A stretch of 64,000 nt of DNA from Phoronis australis. Lineage: Eukaryota; Animalia; Phoronida. The stretch spans positions 307,567 through 371,566 of the forward strand of contig NMRA01000057.1 of the NCBI GenBank assembly GCA_002633005.1, read 5' to 3'. The notes beneath the pieces were generated by a model, which did not search any database, was not told where the DNA came from, and saw only the letters and a program-made list of their open reading frames with translations. The position numbers were made by a program, and so were the translations under genes. Shown here piece after piece: positions 1 through 11,576 of this stretch (position 1 is its first letter; each line of letters begins with the position of its first letter).

Positions 1-108
1 AACTTACATTGGACCTTTGTTTCATGTCAAAATATACAGAACGTAATACTTTAATTTCTGAAACGAAAGTTTCGGAGTCAAGTGTATCATCACAACACTA
101 ACACATAC

Positions 109-1162
109 CATTAAAGACTCCACAAGACATACTGTGGTGCTGTTTCTGATGTGGAACAGTTTCGGCTTCCCACCTCTTATAAATGCCCTAAAATTAAAAT
201 GAACTAATTAATACTGTTAATTCTGAACATCTGACTGAAAGACTTCGGAACAAGTTAAATTCATTGTTAATTTATTTAATACCAATATTTTCTATTCTGG
301 CCTTAGACTACTACAAAGCCACAAAAAGTGTGGTCACTGACATGCACTTTAATAACGTTTGAAATGTGACAAGTGTACAACCTGTTTGCAAATTACTGCC
401 TCCATGATCTTGTTACTTGCTTTAAAGTATGTGGTAGTTCTCCTTGAGGATCCAACACCAGGATCTTTTGGGTTGAGAAGTGAATGAACTGAAAATAAAG
501 TAATGTTTGTAGTGAAAATACTGTAAACAGCTAACAGAATTCTATTCACCAGTTAATCCTTAACTCTATGAACACAATCTTATATTTACATGGCTAAAGT
601 TGCTAGAATCCTATGTTTTCCAAGCAATGTGAGACAACCACTACAGCACCTGTCCACATCATAACCTGCCATCCCAAAAAGAAGTCGTTTTAAACAACTT
701 GCAAAATTGATCTGAAATTGTTCTTTAGTCAAATTGGCAGTGATTTCAACGGTTCATATGAACTGACAGTATATCAATAGATCTGTTTACAATGAATTAT
801 ATCCAACAAAATAAGAAGGGTTAACAGCTTTTCTAGTTCCTAAGCTATCAAATGACCTGCCGATGGACGGTTACTATGATGGTCCATTCCATTTTTATGA
901 AATGATTATTAGGGAATCATGTTTGTGCTCTACTTTCACAGCCTAGAATGATCAATCATTTTTGTTGAACACTTTATTTGGCTCGCACAGTATCATATGC
1001 CTCTAATACTTGTTTTTGTCACGCTATGAACAAACATCACAAATGAATGGTATTGATGAACCCCTTCTATACTTGTATTTTAATATGTTTCTTTGATGTC
1101 AGACAGTCCATGTGGCACCAAAACTGTCCACAATCATCACATCCAACCTGAAATTGTATCTA

Positions 1163-1195
<33 letters not shown>

Positions 1196-1500
1196 CAATG
1201 CAGATTGTCTTTACCATGCTTATATTATGTAAGCCTTATTATCCTCTATGGCTTGAAAACTATGTATCTTCATGCCTGTAATAGAGGTACTCCCGTGATC
1301 ATCAAGCATTTGTACGTTTTTATTCTAATCAGGTGTAGTTCGAATGTACAATGAGTAATCATACTTTTGCAGTGGTTCATAACAAATGGATTCATTAAAC
1401 CCAGTGAATATTTTTTGCAACTGCCGATCTGCATATTAGGCATGCATATTGCATCCTACCTCATCGGAGTAAAACTTGTTTTCAATCATAGTGGAAACAA
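109..1500 (-). pseudogene. Decayed Ulp1/SENP-like (C48) cysteine protease gene fragments, probably transposon-borne
   Basis: AG/GT-bounded minus-strand segments: 382-488 (HSLLNPKDPGVGSSRR...VICKQ, open) and 109-187 (GIYKRWEAETVPHQKQHHSMSCGVF, matching the Ulp1 Q-x-CGVF catalytic-Cys motif). About 590-711 gives GKHRILA (His motif, HW>HR) and about 1460 gives ..YSDE|V (WLSDEV-like). Phases do not join and upstream pieces carry stops, so it is called decayed. Confidence 0.4.
1165..1192. repeat. (TA)n microsatellite
   Basis: About 14 perfect TA units read directly. Confidence 0.95.
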
Positions 1501-1588
1501 TTAGTTTTATCATTGTCACAAGACATCAACAAACGCAGTCAGTGTTTGTAACTGTTGTGTCTACATTGCTGATTATTAAATGTCGGTC

Positions 1589-1984
1589 AAAACCAATTTT
1601 TATAGCGCTGACCCATGCCGAAGGTTTGAAATTGCGCCCCCTGACTTATCACTAAAATCGATGCAATAAACTTATACAAGTTGTTTTTTAACCTGTGTAA
1701 TAGAACTGAAAATATTGTGCGTTTTCGTTTTCAAAAGTATTTGAATCACTGGGTTAATCATTTTTATGTTCTACATGAAAATACAGAATACCAAGTTTTA
1801 CCCCTTGGAGTATACGCAAAACGCCAAGTATTGTGTTCTTACTCCAAGGGCTCGGAAGGCTCTAACCTTGGTGCGAAGCTGTTTACTAAATTAAATATAC
1901 AACTTTGCGCCGTTTTGGGTAAAATCTGACTGAATAAAATCTTCCATGAGTAAACTATTTACCGGCGCTGCAAAAATTGGTTTT
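1589..1984. mobile_element. MITE-like segment bounded by 20-bp inverted repeats
   Basis: AAAACCAATTTTTATAGCGC (1589-1608) vs the reverse complement of GCGCTGCAAAAATTGGTTTT (1965-1984), 18/20 match. No clear TSD. Confidence 0.45.
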
Positions 1985-2524
1985 CTACAATTATTCTGCT
2001 GTTAAAATTGTGGTGTGATCTTTTGCGTCAGCTTTCGGCACAGTAAAATATTGCGTCACTTATTAGTCGGTTTCTTTTTCCCAGATTCTTCAATCAAACG
2101 TTCTCCCTCGAGGTTGCGTAAACATCACAAATGATCAGAATTGGTTTCACTCCATTATATGTTTTTGGAATTTTGATATCAGTGAACCGAATTTTAGAAC
2201 AAATTTTGCTGGGATGTCATCATCAAATGGGAGATGTCAAAAGAATTCTGGTAGTGGCGCGTGTCATGAATGAACACCTTTCAAGATGACAATATAGGTT
2301 TTTTTGTTACAAAAGGCAGAGAATTACACAAGAAAATGACGTCGGATGTTTTTCGCTTTAGCGACCTTAACGGGCAAGTTGAATGACCAGATTTTGCATG
2401 CACACTTGCCGGTCTTAAGCTCATGTTAATACAAGCTTCACGACCATATGACGAGCGTTACTATCCGGGCTGTGTGCAATTTCGAGGTCTGTCGGAGCTC
2501 AATACACAGTGTCACCTTGCTGTA

Positions 2525-4049
2525 TTTTTATGCGCCCATATATTTATATGTGGACGCATTATGCCGTCATCTCCGTCCGTCCGGGCGGCGTCCGGCGTCC
2601 GCTGCTCTATCTCCAAAACCCTTTGACATACGTTCATGAAATTTGGCACATATGCTCCATTCATGAATGGGACGGCATGTGCCAACTTTTGGACGGATCC
2701 GACTACCGGTGTGCCCCCTAGTGGCAATTTTAGTTTTTTACGCTTACCTTTGTATCTTCAAAAGTCCTGAATGGATTTTCATGAAATTTGGTATGTAGGC
2801 ACCTATTAGTGAGATGACGCTATCCTGCCGTTTTCAGATGGATTCGACATAGTTTGCGCCACCTAGTGGCCATTTTTAGTGTTTTCGAGTCTGTTTTTGT
2901 GCGTCCACCCCTCTATCAACCAAACCGCTCAAAGAATGATTGTGAAAATTGGCATGTATATGCTTACTATGTAGAGGACGGTTGACGATGATTTTCCGAC
3001 GATTTCGACTACTGTGGCGCCTCCTAGTGGCAGTTTTGTTTTTTTGCGCCTATGGCTGTATCTCCTAAACCGTTCGCAGGATCTTTACAAATTGTGTAAG
3101 TATATTTATATGATGTTAACAACGGAAGATGACGACTTTTGGTCGGATCCGACTACCGGTGTGCCCCCTAGTGGCAATTTTAATTTTTTACGCTTACCTT
3201 TGTATCTTCAAAAGTATTGAACGGATTTTCATGAAATTTGGTATGTAGGCACCTATTAGTGAGATGACGCTATCCTACTGTTTTCAGATGGATTCGACGT
3301 AGTTTGCGCCACCTAGTGGCCATTTTTACTGTTTTCGAGTCTGTATTTTTGCGTCCACCCCTCTATCAACCAAACCGCTCAAAGGATGATTGTGAAAATT
3401 GGCGTGTATGTGCTTACTATAAGGAAGACAGCTGACAATGATTTTCAGACGATTTGGACTACTGTGGCGCCTCCTAGTGGCAGTTTTGTTTTTTTGCGCC
3501 CATGGCTGTATCTCCCAAACCGTTTGCAGGATCTTTACTAAATTTAGCAAGTGTATTTATGTGATGTTGACAACGGACGATGACGACTTTAGGATGATTC
3601 TGATTACCGGTATGCCTCTAGTGGCAATTTTAGTATTTGCCTCTAGTGGCAATTTTAGTATTTTACATTGACCTCTGTATTTTCATAGGTCTTCAGGTGT
3701 ATACTTTGTGTTACTTCGTGACTGTGAAGGAAAAGTTCCAAGTAGAAATTTGTTTCTGGCATTCTAATGCTGTGCTAATCTCGTATGTTGGTAAATTTGT
3801 TTTTAATTCTATGTTTTTGTGGTGCTTTAAGCAACTGATGTATAGGATGTGCTTGTATTATGATGATCACTCACATTTTGCCCCTAGCCTATTGAGGAGA
3901 CAATGACCATGCCTTTCCATTTTGCAAAGTACAACATACTACATATATGCCCCCTACTGGCCACTTTATGGTACCAATAAACAACCCTAGAAGTATACCG
4001 TATACGGTGCAATTGTGGGCGCATTTCAACGGTCTGCGTTGCTCTTGTT
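2525..4049 (+). mobile_element. Non-autonomous Helentron-type element (HINE/DINE-1-like), copy 1
   Basis: T-run insertion site; 5' sub-terminal IR folding into a hairpin (ATGCGCCCATATA-TTTA-TATGTGGACGCAT, 2530-2559); (GTCC)-type microsatellite 2573-2600; central tandem repeat; 3' subTIR TGTGGGCGCAT 4014-4024; 3' stem-loop CAACG-GTCTG-CGTTG 4027-4041; ends CTTGTT. A near-identical copy lies at 57485-58817. Confidence 0.85.
2690..3660 (+). repeat. 450-bp higher-order tandem repeat (three ~150-bp subunits) inside the HINE
   Basis: Anchor motifs G(T/C)GCC(C/A/T)CCTAGTGGC at 2711, 2856, 3017, 3161, 3306, 3467 and a degenerate one at ~3611. Spacing is 145/161/144 repeated, an exact 450-bp period. 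Confidence 0.9.
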
Positions 4050-7000
4050 ACAATAGCCCTCATACAGCTAGCTGGCTAGATAGGAAGGCACTAGCTTCGA
4101 AACAATTTTTTACTCCGAAAGTGACAACAAATTCAGAATGATGATGGATCATGGATGACACTATAACCGATCACATTCTTCCGTTTTTATGCGCCCGTGG
4201 TCTTATTATCGGCGCTTTGTTCAAACCATTGTTTATGTTGTTCCTAAATTAAACTTGGGTTCTATTGCTGTACCAACATATTAAGAAATTATACAGAAAT
4301 AAACAATACCTACTGTATTCACCGTAATAATCGCCCATGCCCTTATAAGGGCCCACCCCCCCGCGCGTTTTCAGACTTCGCTGCTAAAATAAGCACCCAG
4401 TCCATGCGAAAAATGCCATACCTACAGTCCTAAAATTATACATTAATTTAACATCTTCACGTCGATGGTTTGGGGAGTTGGAGTCAGTATGAATGCCTAA
4501 CTCCGGTCCTGGATGGCACATTTCCACTACATTCCTATCTGTTAATTAAGTTTAATCTAGAATTCCATAAGTCGTGTGAACAATTGCTGAAAACTGAAAG
4601 AGCCCACATTTATGGAAGGCCAAAGTGGAAACATTTAACGACATATATTTTCTATGCAAGATTAAAACCAAGCAAAACATGTTAACTGTCCAGGACCATA
4701 GGTAAATAACTCAAAACCAGAACGTTTACTTAAGGAAGAATTATAACAGTCCATTACATTGAGATTGTTTTCACACAGAAGACCAAAAAACAAATCACGA
4801 CCAAAATTCACCATGTCAAGACTGAAAATTTATCACATCAGCACCTATAATTTATCACCTGAGGACCAAAAATTCTTCACTTCAGGATCAAAATTAAACA
4901 CGACCGAACTGTTCAAAAACTGTCAGTAACTTTTCACACCAAGACACCATTTCACCATCTCCAAGCATTGATCCTTCAAAGTGATAATGTCTGTACTATA
5001 AACAAGGGCTAAGCGTTCATCGTCTCGCCGACAACAGACATATTATCTTGGAAATCCACGTAGTCTCCGGGCATGAAAACAATAATCTCCTGATAAGTTT
5101 TCTGGCGCGATAAATCCTGGTTGCCAGTTGTTTTTGATTCTATAGAGATTTCAATTCCTGAATAGAAAATGGATTTTTCTGCTTCAGTTTTCCATTCAGC
5201 TAACTAGTGTACAGCACAGTGTTTTTAATGTCCTGTGGCGGCTGCACCGCAATGAATCACTTCTGGTACAACCTTCCGTAAATGCCATACGTATTTTGCA
5301 TATTTCTTCGGGGTAACTGTACAGTTTTCCAAGAGATACATATTCCTTGGACAAGTTCCTGTTTTGTATTCGGTTTTATTTTCTTTCTCAGGTAGTCCTT
5401 GAGCTCCTGCTCTTAAACGCAACCCTTTCTTTATGCAAATAAGTTTTCTGCCCACGCGTACATTTGATGAACGACGTGGGCACCGACTCGCTGAATGCAT
5501 CAACCAAACATTAATTTTTGAAAATGCCCTCAAAGTGGACCTTTTAAAACACCGTGTTGGCCATCTTCGTCAGCGTAGAATAGCAAAATGAACAAATTTA
5601 TACTCAAAAAAGCACTTTTGTGGACATACGGAAACGCAAACGTCTCTTTCAACGCTGCATGTTCTTGGCATTTCTGATGAAGGGCTCTCATGCTTGAAAA
5701 AATTTTAAGATTGAGCACGGTTTCAAGAAATTGTAGGTCTTATTACAGCTGAGCACAGAAAAATTATTCTGCGATTTTAGGACTGAAACGGAACCAAATC
5801 TTGCATGGTGACTCATTGCCTGGAATGTGCAAAACTCTAGGAAGGGGGGGGAGATACAAGCATATTTTTATTTTCGCGCCATACATGTAGTTGCCAGGTG
5901 TCATTCAGCGTCTTCTCAAAAAGAGCACCTTGATGTATTTTATATCATTTTTTTCGACATCACATCGCTTTACCTAAGATTCACGCACATATGCTGCGTA
6001 GAGACAAAGACCTCTTCACCACGTTTTCACATCTTCCCATTCAAAATTGTTTTATTTTACACAATTTTTCATCTCACTGATTGGATATTCATTGGAATCC
6101 TCATCAGACCATTACTTAGTAATTTAGTAAATAACAGACCAACAAAATCCACTTGATTGCAGCTCGTGCAAGTGCCTTTAATTCGGAAGAGCAGCTTTGA
6201 AACCTCCAACATAGACAATCTCCAAGGTAATCAAATGTCTGGAGGATTTCCGCATCATTGCAACCCTTCGGAGCAAAGGCACTTTGTAGATTTTTGACCA
6301 AATAATCCCAAATGAGCTCCCTTGGTATGCATGTTGGAGAACTTACTCCAACTTCAAGACACAGATCGAACAATGTTCTGATAAAGACACCATGTGTTCA
6401 ATCAAAGTTATGCAAATTATACACATAAAAAGAGAACAAAATATTTCAGTAAATGCATTAACAGCACAACGTGGCCCATGCTTGTGCCTCCTGCAGGACA
6501 GTATATTCCAAAATGCATAATAACGCCTATAGAACCCAACTTCATGATGTCAGAAGTTTAAAATGCAAATGGAGAAACAAAAAAAATCAGATAGTACTCA
6601 ACTTCAACTGCCGCTGCACTCTTGACCGAATGGATGAGCAAAATAGTGTAGGAGTTGATGTTTTTTGATTTTACCACATGACTTGATATACACCGAAAAT
6701 CCATTTCTTCTTTAATAACTTTTTTGAAGTCATTGTATTGACACTGTCCATGGTGTTCCATCAGTTGTGACAAGAGGTCAACAAGAATAAGTGCTGATGA
6801 TTTGGGCTTTTAAATGCTGCACTTCACGTATGCCCGCGGAAAACTTTCTTGCCTCTGCGAAGTCATGTCGCTCAGAAACTCGTTCAAGGATTGGTTTGAC
6901 GTACCCACTTTTGTTATGTATCTTTTTCTGGACCTGCAAAAGACTTACACCAAGTCTCCCTTTACACTCTTATCTGGAAGAGTCCCAATCAGTATGCTCT

Positions 7001-7499
7001 CTGTACGTTTGTTGCAGTATCTGCTTTCCAGTCAATACAACTGGTGCTACAAAACCTAACGAGGATACAGTCCACAAAATACCATGTCTCGTCAGTGGTT
7101 TGTTTTGCAAAGTTATCTTAAATTGAAACGTATCTGACTACACACACACCAATGTACCCCAAGAGCTCTCTCCCTATAGGAAGTGAGTCATGCAACAAAT
7201 TCATGTCCCTTAACAGGCTCTCCAACGGGTTTTGTCTGTCTGGAAGTGGTCTTTGCCCTACGATTTAAGCTGCCATTTCTCTTCCTCTATTTCTTAGGTA
7301 TTGCCTAATGTCTGCCATTTTTATTTTAGAGTGCGATTCAAGTACGCTAGCTTAGCAAACTCTACATTTGGAGTTTTTACTCCAAATTTCGAGCGCCAGT
7401 ACTTGTTTTATACCAACTCCAGTTCCCGCTTCCGTGGTTCATCCTTCTGATGTCCGCCATTTATGTAAGAAGTTTACTTCCAATATAGTTCTTCAAATA

Positions 7500-8464
7500 C
7501 TAGTCGTTCTAACTATTGGCATGGTGGCAGTGGTGGGATACGCTGCAATTAGCGGTGAGCAAGTTGTCCTGGAAAAATGCGGTTAGAGGCTGGAAGAGGT
7601 CTTTGAGTATTCGTCAACTTGGCATTCTTACGTCCACAAGGTCGAGAAAATGAGAGCCAGTCGATGCAAACCCATAGTGCAGTCTTATCTTCTGCCAGAT
7701 TTCGGTTAGGGTTATCGAATTCCAAACAATTGAGTGGGAAATAATTGGGCAAAAGTTCGCAATTTGACTGAGGAGAAGGTCAAGTGTAGCATTTTTCTGG
7801 ATGGCAGGAAGTCGTTGGTCCTTCGGAACAGTGTCTCCGTAATCCATCAGGTCTCGCAGAGGGTTAGTGGACGATTTCTTGAGCCAGGTTGCACCTTCTT
7901 GGAGAAATGGGGAGAAGTTTTTGTCTAAGACAGTATTTATAACAAATTCTGTCTCCATCTCTCATAGGAGTTGATTGATTCGTTTTTGTAAGCTGCCACT
8001 GTTTAGGGGCACATAGAGACATCCTCGCGTGAGCGTTCATTCACAAACCACACAAATGATACAATATAAACGAGCCATACAAGTAAAGTAGGTCACAGCT
8101 TCCAAAAGTGTTTGAGTCACTGTGTAATAATTAGGGCACACGACCGCCAATATAAAAATGTCTTTCAAATTACAATCCTCTCTCTTTAGAACAATTATTC
8201 CACTAGTACATTTCAGGCCACTTGTTTATCAGTGTCTGGGGTGTGAATTCAAACTCGCTGCCACCACGCCAATAGATAGAACGACTGGTATTTGAAGAGA
8301 GGAGCTATATTGGAAGTAAACTTGGTATGTAAATGGCAGATGCTGGAAGGACGAACCGCGCAAGCGCAAACTGGAGTTGGTATAAAACAAGCAGAGTCTG
8401 ACATTACACTCCTGTTTCGAGTTTGGACTCCAGTCGAGTAGAAAATGAGATTTCGTGTCTGACA
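7500..8464 (-). mobile_element. LTR retrotransposon (Gypsy-like) 5' remnant: putative LTR, tRNA-Leu PBS and decayed gag
   Basis: ATG at 8022 starts MSLCAPKQWQLTK.., then frameshifted ..SYERWRQNL.., then [18 protein letters not shown]...[14 protein letters not shown]...[20 protein letters not shown]...DLFQPLTAFFQDNLL. This resembles a gag type common in marine-invertebrate Gypsy-like elements (recognised from memory). PBS TGGTGGCAGCG at 8266-8256 is complementary to a tRNA-Leu 3' end. A putative LTR begins TGTCAGAC at 8464. Stops and frameshifts are present. Confidence 0.7.
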
Positions 8465-9559
8465 TTAGGCACCGGGCCTAGAACGATAATCGAAATCAAT
8501 GTTACTCATGACCGTTTTAGAATTCGAAATGAACCACCCTTAGCAAATGAAGTTAAATGAACAGGCCCACATGACACTCACAACATCATGAACAGCAACA
8601 TAGGCACAGTCCGGAGCAGAGCGTAAAAACTTGCTGATGTCTCAAACGATGTGGCACAAATGACATTTAAAGCACAATTACACAAATTAATGTGGGTTCA
8701 GGTAGTAGACTCTGTCATTCAAAAGCCACTGATGTGGAAAGTACTATTCAGAATGGCAACGCCACCTAAGTGCAGTGAGTTATTCAAATGAGACGATAGA
8801 TGTCCTACAGTGACACAAAATATTGTTCTGGAAAAATATCACCTTTGATGCATGCCATGATCTGTTCATGAGCGAATTTCCCAGGAATTTGAAATAATGT
8901 GTACTTCCTGACCAGACAATTGTATTTAAAACAAACCTTAAGACACCAGGACACCTTCATGGGCATTGGCAAATCAACATGAAATATTTGTTTAAGGTTT
9001 CATACTGACTGTAGTGCCTGTTGTGCTTTATTTTGTGTTCCAACATTGCAGGTTACACCCAGCAGGTGTTCTTGGTTACTTAAATATCATTTATGACGTT
9101 TGGTTATTGTTAAATGTTCCCAAAAATTATTTGTTCAGCAAAGCCCGGTTGCATGAAGTTATATGCTGGATGGCAACAATGACGTCGCATTACGACGCAT
9201 CACATTGCTGTTGAACAATGTGCTCAACTTGTTCTCCACAAATTTATAAGAATTGCAGGCAGTCTCTTACACGTTGTACCAGACATACGCAATATCTGTA
9301 ATGTTAGTTTGGTAAGCTACTTGAATGTTTTTGTAAATTTAGACGTAAAAGATTTGGTCCATGCACTGTTTAGTTAGATGTAAAAGCCTTGGTCTACACA
9401 TTTTTTGTAAAAACTTCACTGTGTGCCTAGGGGGATTACTGGTGAAATGTGGTGGGGGTGAGGTAACACGCTTCTGGAATCATGGATGCCCTGAAATATT
9501 GGGAACCCCATTTTGGAACCCTATTTTCGAAATCCTGGGTGAAGCCCTGCTAGACACCC

Positions 9560-9645
9560 AACTCAAAGGTCTAGTAGTTGCCTCTGTGGTACTCAGACCC
9601 ATGACCTCTAGTAAAGGAAGCGAACTCTTATCCCACTAGGGCACA
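9560..9645 (-). mobile_element. Degenerate tRNA-derived SINE head
   Basis: Minus strand reads GTGCCCTAGTGGGATAAG (A-box-like) ... GGGTCTGAGTACC (B-box-like) at tRNA-like spacing. No complete cloverleaf. Confidence 0.3.
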
Positions 9646-10479
9646 CAGTCTCCTCTCAAGAAAACTTAACCAGCATAAAAGTTTCAAAGTTTCAGACAAC
9701 CCAGTTCTGATGTCAGACATCATTTGTATTGAAGCAATTGTCAGACCATCGCTTTGTTACTCGTTTTTTGTTGCTGTATAATTTCAGTCCTTATGTTGTA
9801 TGCAAGTGTTAACTGTATCATAAATGTGTAAGATAGTGGAAGTTCATGTCTAAAGTTGAAGACTTGTAAATAAGGTATCATTACTGTGCGAGTCCGTATC
9901 ATGCAAATGTTGATTTTTGTTCCACAGAGGTGTAGATTGGTTTTGTATCTTTAATAATAAAAATGTTAAACTTGTTTTTGTTGTTTTGTGCAGCATGCCT
10001 GCAAACCAGTGAATGCATCAAAGTGTAATGTATTGCAACAAGAAACTACTTGAATACATTGGTACCACCTTGTTTCACTGCCAACAAAATGAAATGAATC
10101 CATTTTATAGGTACTGGAACATAGCCACTTCCAAAATGAGATGGCAAATTGGAAGTAGTTTAATTTTGAATTTAGAGTACTGCCATTTCAAAAGTTTAAT
10201 GCCTTTGTCTTAGGTTTACGGCGTTGAGCATAAACCACACGTCAAGCAAAATCTGGCAAATATCAACATTAACACAAATACAAAGTAGAACTTGCACTGA
10301 ACTTCAGCACTGACCAAAGTTATACTTGGTTGACCATTGTACAACAATTTACCACATGAAAATTTTAATAATGAAAGCAAACAGATCATGGTCAGATATT
10401 GACAGCCTGCCAGATAGCTCTAAGGAGACCACAAAATACAGCTGGGGAACAATGCACGAAAATTTTACATGTACCTCGG

Positions 10480-10575
10480 AATTTCACATCGCTGGATAGT
10501 TCTATGCTATGGAATTTCCATCCACATGTAAAGCTCTCGACTGGACGACGAGCATCCCATACCTAGGAGTCGAAC
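10480..10575 (+). mobile_element. Possible tiny LINE reverse-transcriptase remnant
   Basis: Translates ..KALDWTTSIPYLGV (10530-10571), resembling the YLGV motif of non-LTR RTs. Very short. Confidence 0.25.
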
Positions 10576-11087
10576 GACACCATGCCCATTTCAGCATTTG
10601 AGTGGAAAACAATCTTGTCATTTCCTTGGGTAATTCTCTGGCTATCGTAACCAAGAAGTCAGTCATCAACTTATTAATGTAAAAACACTATGCTTATGAT
10701 GCACCACTTGCTCAACTTTTGAGAAATCTTTAGGGCGATGACGACAAAGCAAATTTACTCAGAAATTCATTTCCTGATAAGAAAATTCTAAAAACTTCAT
10801 TACGAAGTGAAAACCCATAACCATAATGTGTTGTGAACTGTCAGCAACTGTGTGGACCAATCATCGAAAAAAGAAACTGGATATCAGGTGACATTCTATT
10901 TCATTGGCATGAAAGCTGACACATGTTGCTGCTTAGCAGCAGAATAGCTGATTTTTTTACCACCTCTTATCTATTTGATTTACTCAAGGAAGAGTGTTAT
11001 TTGTGACATTAATTTTGTATCAGATTTTATTGCGCCAATTTTTACCCACATCAGTCCAAAGCTGTTGTTTCAAGGATAGGTTAGATA

Positions 11088-11217
11088 CAGATGTCATTGA
11101 CTTCTGTTACAAAAGATGTCATAAACAGCTATTACAAAAGATGCAATTGACGACTACTACAAAAGATGCCATTGACAGCTATTAAAGAAGATGCCACAGA
11201 CGGCTAATGCAAAAGAT
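11088..11217. repeat. Degenerate 25-bp minisatellite (~5 copies)
   Basis: AAAAGATG-like anchors at 11111, 11136, 11161, 11186, 11211; unit ~ACAAAAGATGYCATTGACAGCTATT. Confidence 0.85.
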
Positions 11218-11576
11218 TTTCTGAAATGAAAGTTTCAACAGCAAACATCGCACTTTCCCCGCAATTTCCAGCTTCTCGAAAGTTCATAGCTTTTGCGACA
11301 TCAAAGCAAACTTGTGTTGTTATAACCATAGGTGATTCTCAACCACGCTGGCACATCAACCGTTCCAGTTACTAGGTTGACTCAAGTGTCAGCACTTACT
11401 CTCGCACAGACAACACATCTTTGAAATGATAGTTTACAGATCCGCACTTTTGCCAGTTGTTGTTTGTACACTTCTTTTTTGCTGTCGCGTAAGAAACAAC
11501 TTAGCATAAAAAACTCAAAGGTGATCAAGGATGCATATCAACAGTTCAATAGTCCAGTCAAGCACAAGTGTTGAAA

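Noticed and set aside
2690-3660. Regularly spaced repeats suggesting a CRISPR-like array
   Set aside because: The intervening sequences themselves repeat with a 450-bp period, the context is eukaryotic, and there are no cas genes.
2423-3906. Cluster of ORFs, duplicated at 57429-57806
   Set aside because: They lie inside the HINE microsatellite and tandem repeat, are open in several frames, and show no protein motifs or splice logic.
4184-4365. Third HINE start (TTTTTATGCGCCC) and a mariner-like terminus at ~4311
   Set aside because: Only 13 nt match with no hairpin partner, and no matching second terminus was found.
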